Below the pieces are notes generated by a model, which did not search any database, was not told where the DNA came from, and was given only the letters and a program-made list of their open reading frames with translations. Below are positions 10,544-19,723 of a stretch of 32,000 nt of DNA, piece after piece. The DNA lies in NCBI RefSeq assembly GCF_900095195.1, contig NZ_LT606950.1:877207-909206 (forward strand), written 5' to 3'. The DNA comes from Polynucleobacter necessarius (GTDB taxonomy: Bacteria > Pseudomonadota > Gammaproteobacteria > Burkholderiales > Burkholderiaceae). The translations under genes and the position numbers were made by a program. Position 1 is the first letter of the stretch, and the number at the start of each line of letters is the position of its first letter.

Positions 10544-10622
10544 ATAGTTGATTTAGAACTTACTACTCATAGGCCATAACAACAAATAATCCCACTAACT
10601 ACTCATACTAACTACTACTCAA

Positions 10623-11875
10623 TTACTTTTGAGAATCCGTATTACGTCCTTGTGAAACCTTCTTGCGCATAAAGGCAGGCTTTACTGCTTCTGCATCAGC
10701 ACAGAACATCACCATGCCATTCAATTCCGCAACACGGTTTTTGAGCTTATCGGAGGAGTACATGAGTTCTTTTTCATAGCCTCATAGTCGCGTCTCTCTA
10801 AGAGCGTACGCAAGTAACGCACTGTCTCTTCTAACCATGGGTTCTCACGAGCACGTTCCTCGAGTTTTCGCATAAGGCGCTCTACTGCTGACCAGTTACG
10901 ATCTCTCACAAACAAGTGGGCTTCCCGTTGAATATCGGCTGCCTCCACCTCATTAAAGCGTCTTGCGACCAATTCATTTTCTTGGTCTAATTGGTAGTCT
11001 GCCAGAGTTACCACGCGCATTTGTGGCAGGCTGACAGCAAACTCATGCTCAATGCCATCTTGGTCTTTTGCCAGGATGATGCAACGTAATACAGGGCCGT
11101 TATCTTGGAGATGAATGACTCAGACATCGATAGTGAGATTGCCATCCAGACTTCAGAGCCTTGGGCGATTGCTGGGAGGCAATACTGTCCGACAGTATTT
11201 TGCACATAGTCATTGCGCATTCTGATTTGACCCATACGAGGCAACAATTGGGTTTCTAGTTTGACTCTGACATCTTGCCAAACGAGACTGGTCAAGAATC
11301 CCAACTCTGCATCAAATGATTCAGCAAGATCTTCTGCACGTTGACCATACCAACTATTGCCTTGACCAGCTTTTGCAATCGCTGTCATGAGCTCTTCATT
11401 AAAGCCAAAGCCTATGCCTACTGTTGAAGTGGTCACTCCGGCACTAGCCAAGTCGCGCACTTGCTCGCAAATACCCTCAACAGCAAGTAAGCCTCTATTT
11501 GCTTGTCCGTCTGATAGCAAGATGAGGCGACTCACCATGCCCCGCCCTGCTCTTGGGGCTAGCGTTTCTGCAGCCTTGAGCCAGCCACCATGAAGGTTGG
11601 TCATGTTTCTGGGCTGTATCTCATCTAATCGAATCGGCAATAAGGTTTTAGCTACCTGCACCGACATTGCGTTTTGCTTCATCTAATTTGCCATCACCCA
11701 TTGAGCCTGAGCGATCTATTACTAGAGATACCGCTAATTGGGAGCGGGTTTGGCCAATGTTTTCTTGTTCGGGTGCACGCAAGCGTAGCAATACATCCAA
11801 ACTTTCCCCTGTATGACTCGCAAGGACCTCTTTGCGGGTATCGAGCACTACTTCTAATGAACTTCCGTTAATCAT
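10623..11875 (-). pseudogene. von Willebrand factor type A (vWA) domain protein, at least three frameshifts
   Basis: Fragments 11648-11875 (with the MIDAS motif DRSGSMGDGKLDEAK), 11008-11682 (TNLHGGWLKAAE...LLSDGQANRG...TTSTVGIGFGFNEELMTAIA) and 10721-11020. Frame changes lie near 11660, near 11095 (true frame VLRCIILAKDQDGIEHEFAVSLPQMRVVTLADYQ) and near 10770. After the last one, KKELMYSSDKLKNRVAELNG...DSQK* ends at 10625-10623. Confidence 0.8.
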
Positions 11876-12202
11876 GATTTCTCCTGTCTTTGTCTAAATT
11901 TGCAGCAGGGACAAATACAGGCGGTTATGAAAGCAACAGGTTCAGATTAGGGGTGGTGAGGCTCGTGGAGTGAGCTAGGGAATTTCAAAGGTCGCGCCAA
12001 ACATTAAATAATTTCAAACAAATAGCAGTTGCTAGAAAAATATTTATTCAGTTCACTATTAATGCATGTTTTATCGAATGAAGGAACTAATTTCATTTGC
12101 AAATTGAATAGATTAAATACGTGATTAAGCATCAAAAATTACCAAGAATATTTTATTAAATAGGTTAAGATTGATATTCATCAAATTAATATTTTCATTT
12201 TT

Positions 12203-13135
12203 ATGAAATTAGAAGAATTTTTAACAAAAAATACAACGGGAGAAAGTTAGCCTACTCCAACCAAGCCTTTATAAAAAATGTCTTTTACCCCACATGGGGT
12301 GAGTATGGTTTAAATTTAATTCATCCCGAAAAAGAATTTTTATCCTGCACAGAAGAAAGATATTTCATTGACTTTATAGTGCAATCTGAGTATCGATCCT
12401 ATTTAATTGAGATAGATGACTATTCCTCACACGCAAGTAGTCCAGACAGATTTGCCAAGCACAATCGTAAAATTAGCGACATTCAAATGTCACTAGACTC
12501 CGGAGAATTTAAATGTGGCTTGATTGAGGGGGAAAAATTTACCCTAGCGTAATTAATTTGACTCTAAATGAAATACAAGAAAACGCTCAGTCTTATGTCA
12601 CGAGGCTTTTTAAAATCTTTCTTGCCGATAAGTATTTAAATATTTACTTCTCAAGAAGATACGGTGTCGACATAATACCAACGTTGCCACAAAAATTACG
12701 CTTGAGAAAATCAGGGCCTCTAGGAATGCTGGCAGCAAAAAAGGATTGATTTCGTTAACGACAGCCCTGGGGAAAACATTTATCTCAATATTTCATGCAA
12801 AAGAATATGGAGGAAACGTTTTATTCCTAGCCCATATAGTGGATATATTAAATCAAGCAGAAAATTCATTCTTATTAGCCTGGCCTGAAATAAAAAATAA
12901 TATAGGGTACGTAACCGGAGAAGAAAAAGTATTTAATAAACAAGTAACGCTCGCATCTATACAAGCGCTATCACGTGTTCATACTTTGGAGCTATTTGAT
13001 CCTAAATATTTTGACACCATCAAAATCGATGAAACTCATCACGCAACTTCCCCAACCTACTCAAAGGTAATTAACTACTTTAAGCCTAAGCTCCCGTTGG
13101 GGGTTACAGGAACACACGAGAGGCACGATGGTAAA
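12203..13135 (+). pseudogene. Relic of an AT-rich, probably acquired gene: PD-(D/E)XK-like nuclease domain fused to an SF2 DExH helicase, frameshifted and 3'-truncated
   Basis: ATG 12203 gives MKLEEFLTKNTTGES*. The next frame (12253-12552) reads ...EERYFIDFIVQSEYRSYLIEIDDYSSHASSPDRFAKHNRK, a Vsr/DUF559-like D...ExD...H...R pattern. ORFs 12558-12749 and 12746 onward then carry helicase motif I (TALGKT), motif II (KIDETHH) and motif III (LGVTGTHER). Homology stops at about 13135. The region is strongly AT-rich compared with its flanks. Confidence 0.65.
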
Positions 13136-14072
13136 CAAGCGCACATTGAATTGCGTGAGGTTGAGCTTCCAGTGCCAGGCCCTGATCAAATACTGGTTCG
13201 GGTAAAAGCCGCCAGTCTTAATCGTGGTGAATTCATCCTCGGTCATGGACTGCACAAATCGGGTTCAGCAAAACCCATCGGCATGGAAGCCTCTGGAGAG
13301 GCTGTAGCTTGTGGCAATGCGTAACCACGTTTCAGGTGGGCGATCGTGTCATGGGCCGTTGCCCAGGGGGATTTCAGAGTATGCATTGATGACTGAGCGT
13401 GAAACGATGCATATCCCAACCCCCTTAAATTGGGAACAGGCCGCTGCTATGCCATTAACTTCTGCCGTGGTATTCGACATGCTGGTTTCTCAAGGTCGCA
13501 TTAAATCAGGGGAATGGGTTTTGATCACTGGAGTGACCTTTGGGGTCGGTGTCACTGCGCTCTCAATGGCCAAAGCCCTTGGAGCAAAAGTGATCGGCAC
13601 CTCTGGATCTCAAGACAAATTAGATCAGTTAAAAATAATGGCCTTGATGTCGGTATTTGCACTCGCCAACCCAATTTTTATGATGCCATTGGCCACAGAT
13701 AACAAAGGCGTCGACATTGTGATTAATACGGTAGGGGGCACTGTTTTTGCTGAATGTATTCGGTCAATGGCATTCGAGGGTCGCTTAGCTACCGTCGGAT
13801 ATGTCGATGGGGTGCTCAAAGCGGAGATTGATATCGAGGCTTTGCATTCCAAGCGTTTAACTTTATTTGGCGTTTCGAATAAGTTGCGCACTCAACAACA
13901 ACGATCTGGAGCGATACCAGCGTTTAAAGCGCAAATCTTACCGCTAGTTGAAGCGGGTCGTATCGTACCGATGATTTACAAAACCTTTCCGTTCGAGCAA
14001 TTGCTCGAAGCCAAAGCAGCTGTGGATGCAAATTAGCATTTGGGGAAAATTATTTTAGCTGGAACGCCATAA
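13136..14072 (+). pseudogene. NADPH:quinone oxidoreductase / zinc-type alcohol dehydrogenase family, 5'-truncated with frameshifts and a nonsense codon
   Basis: It starts mid-protein as AHIELREVELPVPGPDQILVRVKAASLNRGEF. Frame breaks around 13320-13385 recover VTTFQVGDRVMGRCPGGF, then SEYALMTERETMHIP. An out-and-back frame excursion at about 13625-13700 has its true text LKNNGLDVGICTRQPNFYDAI in ORF 13514-13702. TAG at 14034-14036 is followed in frame by HLGKIILAGTP* (stop at 14070-14072). Confidence 0.85.
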
Positions 14073-14142
14073 ATAAATCCCACATCTTTTTCTAACATAA
14101 CATTAAAAAATAAATATCGTTCATTCATCACAGGAGACTTGA

Positions 14143-14406
14143 ATGTTTACACGGAAACTATGGATCGCCCTTGGCATATCAGTGCTGATGGGTGGTGTTC
14201 AAGCTCGGTCTTACCCAAACAAGCCGATCAAACTGGTGGTTGGCTTTACTCCTGGTGGCGCTGCGGATTATGTAGCCCGTAATTTGAGTGTCCCGTTAGG
14301 GCAGGCATTGGGGCAATCGGTTGTTGTAGAGAACAAGCCGGGTGCGGGTTCAAGCATTGCCGCAGATCAGGTGGCTAAATCCACTCCCGATGGATACACC
14401 AACTAG
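14143..14406 (+). pseudogene. Bug-family (TctC-like tripartite tricarboxylate transporter) periplasmic binding protein, N-terminal ~85 codons only
   Basis: A signal peptide plus the family signature YPNKPIKLVVGFTPGGAADYVARNLSVPLGQALGQSVVVENKPGAGSSIAADQVAKSTPDGYT. The homology then ends abruptly at about 14400. Confidence 0.8.
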
Positions 14407-14851
14407 CGCCAATACCAACACATACTGGTAATCCAGTTGTCTCTTTTACGTGTTGCTTAATGCATTGGCCTAACTCAATCGTGTTGCGATGTTGCTTTAA
14501 GACGCTCTCAATTTGCAGAAAACTTTCATCAATGCTGTAAACCTCTAAGTTGGGCGTAAAGCCTCGTAACACCTGGACTACCCGGTTACTCATATCCCCG
14601 TATAAGGTGTATTTGAGGAGTAAGCGGTAATGCCATGTTGCTTGGCTAGATCCTGAATCGAAACCAAGGCGTTCCCATCTTCACGCCCAATGCTTTGACT
14701 TCCGCACTGCGCGCTACAGCGCAGCCATCGTTATTGGATACCACACCATGGGTACGTTCTCTAACTTTGGCTGAAATACACGCTCACACGAAACGCGAAA
14801 GTTATTCACGTCGACTAAAGCAAATAAAGCCTGGGAAGTTAATGCGCTCAT
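14375..14851 (-). pseudogene. umuC: Y-family translesion polymerase UmuC, N-terminal third only, frameshifted
   Basis: The reverse strand from ATG 14851-14849 reads MSALTSQALFALVDVNNFRVSCERVFQPKLENVP. After frame changes it continues SNNDGCAVARSAEVKALGVKMGTPWF, then MSNRVVQVLRGFTPNLEVYSIDESFLQIE...TGLPVCVGIG. Homology ends near 14410, whereas UmuC proteins are about 420 aa. Confidence 0.8.
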
Positions 14852-14946
14852 TGCTTCTCACCTTTGCTGTATCGCACACTAGCACTGCTGTACTTGCGTA
14901 CTACTCCAACTACCACGCCACAAATTTGCAATTCAGCACCTTCGAT
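14848..14946 (-). pseudogene. umuD: C-terminal ~30-codon remnant of UmuD (S24 LexA-like peptidase)
   Basis: The reverse strand reads IEGAELQICGVVVGVVRKYSSASVRYSKGEKQ*. This resembles the UmuD C-terminus (E. coli ...DTLDVFGVVIHVVKAMR). Its TGA overlaps the umuC ATG (ATGA). There is no room upstream for the rest of the gene. Confidence 0.5.
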
Positions 14947-14962
14947 AAGTATGTTTGTACAG
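14947..14962 (-). promoter_or_regulatory. Degenerate LexA (SOS) box, half-site conserved
   Basis: The minus strand reads TACTGT-ACAAACAT-ACTTAT, against the beta/gamma-proteobacterial consensus CTGT-N8-ACAG. The left half is perfect and the right half has 2 mismatches. It abuts the umuD remnant. Confidence 0.25.
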
Positions 14963-15030
14963 TATATATAAAAACCGTAAAAGTGACGTACTTTTTGTTA
15001 TTTTTTGAAGAAATTGCTCAAAATTTAGGC

Positions 15031-15054
15031 AATAAAAAACCACCCGTAGGTGGC
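15031..15054 (-). terminator. Candidate intrinsic terminator
   Basis: The minus strand reads GCCACC-TACG-GGTGGT followed by TTTTTATT. The stem is short (5 bp plus a G-U pair). It lies about 190 nt downstream of the 15242 stop. Confidence 0.4.
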
Positions 15055-15241
15055 TTCAAAACGGCGCTTCAGGGATGGCGAAGCGTTCTAGCAAAAAGCA
15101 AATGCAAGCAATGCGGGGTCATCTAAAAACGCATTGGATAAATACACACTGACCCGAAATAGCCAAGTATCGATGATTTCTGAAAAATATTCCATGGGGC
15201 TAGTTTAACTGCGACGGTTCTCTAGCCCCTACTTTTCTCAA

Positions 15242-16051
15242 TTACACGTCGTTCATGAAATCACCACCGCCATTGTCATCCCAAGAACTGGCACCAGTGT
15301 CATTCCATGAACTCGCATCATTCACACCAAAATTAGGATCGAGTGATGTTGGTCCACCCACTTGAGTGAGATCAGGGTTGGTATTACTGTGACTACTTTC
15401 ATGACCACCCATCAAGCTGCTCGCAATTGCTTGACCAGCAACCATACCCGCACCTAATGCGGCACCTGTTGCCAAGCTACCCATAAGACCACTACCCATA
15501 CCGCCAGCAGCGGGGGCACCAGGGTAACCTGGAGGATAACCAGCGGGACCGCCCGGTGTTCCGGGATAACCAGCGCGGGGTGCGTTATAAACTTCGACAG
15601 CATCTGCCTTACGACGTCTCATCACTATGATGACGCCCACTACTAAGATGGCAATCAAACCCCAAAAGAGTGGATTGCTAAATATCGAACTTTGACTGGT
15701 AACTGGGCCAACTGCACCACTAGCCAATTGCATCTGTAACTTTTGTACAGACTCTGGTTGCGCAAATGGCAATCCAGGCGCCAAATTTTCTGCTCTCACA
15801 AACGCCTGTCGTGCAGCTTCCAGCTTTCCCTCTTTCAGGTAGAGCTCAGCGGCAACATAGTGCGCCTTGGCGCTATTCGAATGGTTTTGCAAAACTTCTT
15901 TCATCATGGCATCTGCTTTTGCCAGCTGCCCCAATTGAATGGCTTGATAGACCTCTGGCAAAGTGGCTTCCGCAAAAGCGACGTTGCTCATTAGCAATAC
16001 GGCTGCAGCGCATACGCCAGCGAGCACATTAATTAGGTTACGCATTTTCAT
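15242..16051 (-). CDS. Signal-peptide protein with a TPR-like N-domain, one TM helix and a Gly/Pro-rich glycine-zipper tail (function unknown)
   Basis: An intact 269-aa ORF. It has a signal peptide ending VAFAEA, TPR-like text (AKAHYVAAELYLKEGKLEAARQAFVRAENLAP), the TM segment LFWGLIAILVVGVIIVM, then GYPGTPGGPAGYPPGYPGAP and GAALGAGMVAGQAIASSLMGG. Confidence 0.6.
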   Translation of the reverse strand: MKMRNLINVLAGVCAAAVLLMSNVAFAEATLPEVYQAIQLGQLAKADAMMKEVLQNHSNSAKAHYVAAELYLKEGKLEAARQAFVRAENLAPGLPFAQPESVQKLQMQLASGAVGPVTSQSSIFSNPLFWGLIAILVVGVIIVMRRRKADAVEVYNAPRAGYPGTPGGPAGYPPGYPGAPAAGGMGSGLMGSLATGAALGAGMVAGQAIASSLMGGHESSHSNTNPDLTQVGGPTSLDPNFGVNDASSWNDTGASSWDDNGGGDFMNDV

Positions 16052-16168
16052 TAGGACTCCTTTTATAGGATGTTACTTGCAATTTGATTATCTCTAGTTT
16101 TGGTATTTCCGCTATTCCCCACTGATATGGGGGTATTTGGGAGAAATTCAAGGTGATTTTCGGATGAA

Positions 16169-19100
16169 CTAGACAATTTGATGCAGCTTGCCCACTGCAG
16201 AAATGAGATAGGCCTTGTTGGGCTTATCTTTGCGGATGCGGGTGAGCTCCTTCTGGTAGTTCTGGAGCTGCTCTCGGTATTTTTCGTATTTTTCGGTTCC
16301 CACTTCGGGAATGGTGAGCTTGTAATCGAGAATGGCAATGTGGTTCTCAAACTCCACTAAACGGTCCATGCGATAGCTCTTACCCTCTTTACTCGCAATA
16401 TCCAATTCATTCCATGCGGCAACCCATTCGCCCGATGTCAGGTAAGGTTTGAGTTCTAATGAAGCCAATACGTTTTTAGTACGTTCCAGCACTTTTGCTG
16501 CATGCGCTTGATCAACATCAAGCCAATTCATCACCTCTGATTCGCTTGGCAGTTGCGGTGCCTGCACTTTAGAAGAGTCTGCCGTTACAAACTCTAGCAA
16601 TTTATGAAAGTGCACGCCCTCTTCCAAGATCTCAGGATCAGGCTCTGGTGCTTTTTCACTCTCGCCCGCAAACACTTCAACCGTAACGCCACTTTCGATA
16701 TCGCGCAGTAATTGCGCCTGACTCTCTTGTGCAGGCTTCCACGTCAAAACAAAATCATCGACTGTACTTTCCGATGCATACGCTTTCTGAGTAGGGGCAT
16801 TTTTAGACTGATTCGTCCGATCTTGGCCAAGCTGATAAACGGGTACCTCAGCAGCGCTGGCCTTGCCATACCAAGAGGTCTTATCAAAACCATCCGGATT
16901 ATTCTTGGTGGGTTTTTGCGCATCACCGCTTATCCAAAGCCCCTGACGAGCTCGAGTCATAGCTACATAAAGCAGATTCCAGTTCTCATTCTCACCAATA
17001 CGCTTTTCTTCATCATTGATTTCAGTACGCGGGCTCGTTAATGTTTTTGAAGTAAAGAGGGAAAGGTGCGATGGACTTTCTTTATCAGGAGACCAATCCA
17101 TCAATACACCGCTGTAGTCTATGTTGGTATCGGTATAGTTTGCATCCAAGATGATGACAAATGGGGATTCCAAACCCTTTGCCCCATGAATCGTCATTAA
17201 GCGCACGCGCTTATGGCGATCTTCTTCCGACATTTCATTTTCTTCATCAACGTCTACCAGATTGTCATCACTTGCGACATCAACATCACCCTCATCCGGC
17301 GTCTCATCGCCATCGCCACGGCGCTTTGCGTTGATTTCTTGAATGAAGCGACTAAGACTAGGGTATTGACCACCATCTTGATTGAGTGCCACCTCCAAGA
17401 AAGCATCCAAGTTTGCCAATGCTTGCGGACGGTCAATTTCCCGACAAACCGCAGCGTATTTGACACGCACATCACCCTCTTGATAGATGCGATCCAATAA
17501 ATCATGTACTGGTAAGCGTTCACCAAGCAGATGCCAGTGCTGCAGATAGCGTGCCGCTACCCGCAAACGCTCATCTTGACTATCGTGCAGGGCGTCCCAC
17601 CATGAGCGGTACCGACCAGAGGTCATTGCAACTGCAAGTTGTTGCATTTGCTTTTCAGCAAAACTGAAAATTGGACTGCGCAGAACCTGTGCCAACGGTA
17701 AATCATGACGCGGTGTTACGAGAACAGTTAACAAAGCGATCAGATCATCGATCTCCAGCGTATTTAATAAGCCGCCTAATCGGGAACTCTCATAGGCCAA
17801 ATCCGCTTCACGCAATGCTCTCTCGTAGTAGGTCAGATATTTACGGCGCTTGACAAGCAATAGAAAATCGCTTGCCCTAGCAGCGCGCCAAACCTCTATG
17901 CCATTTTCTTTATCGGCCACTTTGCGTGTGGCCATAATTTCTTGAATGAGCCGAGCAACACATTCACCTTCTTGCTGACGCTGAACTACAGCGATGGTTT
18001 CACTTGCATCGGTAATGGCCACATCAAACGCACTACCCTCTCTCACGTCTGCGGGTTTTTCTGCGTACGGAATCAATGGCAGCAAGTAAATCTCGCCGTC
18101 GCTTGCGTACGCTTCTATTGGTTTGCTGTCTTTAGGGCTTTCCCAAAGCGTTTCTTGCTTGGTATAGAGATATTCCGGCGAGATTTGCTCGCCCATAAAG
18201 ATCGTGTTGACTGCTTTATTAATTTTTTGAGCATTACGACGTGTTTTATTTTGCTCAATGTAAGCGGCGCCGAGGTTCTGATGCAAAAACGCACTGGCAC
18301 TAACAAATAGTCGTGGATCAGCACGACGGAACCGATAAATGGATTGTTTAGGATCACCAACGATAAATACTTTCGGTGTCTCATCACCGTCACCATATCC
18401 GGACAGCCATGCTCGCAGAATTTGCCATTGCAAGGGATTGGTATCTTGAAATTCATCAACCAATATTTGCTTGTACTTCGCATCCAATCGCGACTGCAAA
18501 TAGGCGGCATTGGCAGAGTCGCTCATCAGCAAACTTACGCCAACCTCTAAATCATCAAAGTCCCGCACGCGCATATTCTCTTTAGCGGCATTCGCGTGAG
18601 CCATCATGGATTGATTCAGTGCAAACCATGCTGCATTAATGACATAAATATCTTGCTCCGCCTGCCAGAGCAAATACTCCTCAAAAGCATGCCCCCAGGC
18701 CTGTTTGATAGCAATATGCTCCTCGATTCGATCCGCTTCACCGCACTTCTCTAGGTATTTTTTTGCGTCCCCTAAGGCCTTATTGTTATTGCTTCGATAT
18801 TTCGGATCATCCTTGGTTAAGAAAGTAGTTTGAAAAATCCCAACCACGTCCATCACATCGCCACCATGCTGCTTGCAAGCAATCGCTGGACGTAGATACT
18901 CCAATAAATCACTATCTTGTGTACTGCTATTAGCAAAGCATCTCTCTAGAAACTCTAAATCCGCTAATGCATTCGGTGCATTCCACAGCGCCAACAAAGG
19001 ATTTGGTAAATCGAGTTTGTGCAGTGTTTTCTTCAAAGACTCAATGGGGCTGATGCCGGCACGTTTACATTCTTTCTCGAAAAATGTCCACGCACCTCGC

Positions 19101-19723
19101 TGCTTGAATAGACTACCTCGTCCCATCAAGAGCTTTTGCGTCTCATGCGAACCGAGCTGCTTTAGCAATACGTCGTAATACGCTTTATTCTCAGGCGTGA
19201 GATCGCCCCACCAATCGTCTAAGCATTCCTCCTGTAAACGCTTCACATCCTCGCGCAACAAAAATCCTGGTTGCACCCCTAACGATACTGGTGCTGCACC
19301 CAATAATTTGCCAAACCAACCATGGAAGGTATCAATCACGATGGGTTGAGGGTTCGCCAACACTTGCTCATAAAGCATGTGGGCTTTGGGCAATGCTTGC
19401 TTTGCCTGCTCTGGGGTCATGCCTCTGATAGTGAGCTCTTTAGCGAGAGTAGCATCGTCTACTTTGGCGAATTGCTCTAATAATCCAGACAAGCGATCAC
19501 GCATTTCTTGCGCAGCTTTGCGTGTAAACGTGAGTGCCAGGATTTCTTGTGGCTTTACATCGGCCAGCAAGAGGCGCACGATACGCGCAACCAATAACCA
19601 AGTCTTTCCACTGCCAGCACAAGCCGAAACAATGACCGATCGTTGTGGATCACAAGCGAGTGACTCTGAATAGGGTTGCTTTTCTGGAAGCATGCTGTTG
19701 GCCTCACTCATCTTGAAACTCAC
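16169..19723 (-). CDS. addA: AddA-type UvrD-family helicase with a C-terminal PD-(D/E)XK nuclease (double-strand break processing)
   Basis: An intact 1184-aa ORF with Walker A SACAGSGKTWLL, motif II VDEFQDTNPLQW, a later TIHGAKGLE and VAMTRAR, and a C-terminal nuclease motif RMDRLVEF...AILDYKLT. Its ATG overlaps the upstream gene's stop (ATGA at 19720-19723). Confidence 0.85.
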   Translation of the reverse strand: MSFKMSEANSMLPEKQPYSESLACDPQRSVIVSACAGSGKTWLLVARIVRLLLADVKPQEILALTFTRKAAQEMRDRLSGLLEQFAKVDDATLAKELTIRGMTPEQAKQALPKAHMLYEQVLANPQPIVIDTFHGWFGKLLGAAPVSLGVQPGFLLREDVKRLQEECLDDWWGDLTPENKAYYDVLLKQLGSHETQKLLMGRGSLFKQRGAWTFFEKECKRAGISPIESLKKTLHKLDLPNPLLALWNAPNALADLEFLERCFANSSTQDSDLLEYLRPAIACKQHGGDVMDVVGIFQTTFLTKDDPKYRSNNNKALGDAKKYLEKCGEADRIEEHIAIKQAWGHAFEEYLLWQAEQDIYVINAAWFALNQSMMAHANAAKENMRVRDFDDLEVGVSLLMSDSANAAYLQSRLDAKYKQILVDEFQDTNPLQWQILRAWLSGYGDGDETPKVFIVGDPKQSIYRFRRADPRLFVSASAFLHQNLGAAYIEQNKTRRNAQKINKAVNTIFMGEQISPEYLYTKQETLWESPKDSKPIEAYASDGEIYLLPLIPYAEKPADVREGSAFDVAITDASETIAVVQRQQEGECVARLIQEIMATRKVADKENGIEVWRAARASDFLLLVKRRKYLTYYERALREADLAYESSRLGGLLNTLEIDDLIALLTVLVTPRHDLPLAQVLRSPIFSFAEKQMQQLAVAMTSGRYRSWWDALHDSQDERLRVAARYLQHWHLLGERLPVHDLLDRIYQEGDVRVKYAAVCREIDRPQALANLDAFLEVALNQDGGQYPSLSRFIQEINAKRRGDGDETPDEGDVDVASDDNLVDVDEENEMSEEDRHKRVRLMTIHGAKGLESPFVIILDANYTDTNIDYSGVLMDWSPDKESPSHLSLFTSKTLTSPRTEINDEEKRIGENENWNLLYVAMTRARQGLWISGDAQKPTKNNPDGFDKTSWYGKASAAEVPVYQLGQDRTNQSKNAPTQKAYASESTVDDFVLTWKPAQESQAQLLRDIESGVTVEVFAGESEKAPEPDPEILEEGVHFHKLLEFVTADSSKVQAPQLPSESEVMNWLDVDQAHAAKVLERTKNVLASLELKPYLTSGEWVAAWNELDIASKEGKSYRMDRLVEFENHIAILDYKLTIPEVGTEKYEKYREQLQNYQKELTRIRKDKPNKAYLISAVGKLHQIV

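Noticed and set aside
10388-10579. 63-aa plus-strand ORF
   Set aside because: It has no homology signal and contains the 14-bp palindrome, so it is more likely non-coding.
10623-13135. The vWA protein plus the nuclease-helicase as one two-gene defence-type system
   Set aside because: The genes are divergently oriented and separated by about 330 bp of AT-rich spacer. They have different base composition and both are degraded. Nothing in the sequence links them functionally.
14695-15126. 143-aa plus-strand ORF
   Set aside because: Its first half is antisense to the umuC/umuD remnants and its second half runs through AT-rich non-coding DNA. It has no motifs and no RBS.
15196-15229. GGGGCTAG...CTAGCCCC hairpin just downstream of the 15242 stop, as a terminator
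   Set aside because: The 8-bp stem has an 18-nt loop and no directly adjoining U-run on the minus strand. I kept only the 15031-15054 candidate, at low confidence.
16063-16350. 95-aa minus-strand ORF overlapping the addA 3' end
   Set aside because: It is in an alternative frame of a well-supported gene and has low-complexity Ser/Thr/Pro content.
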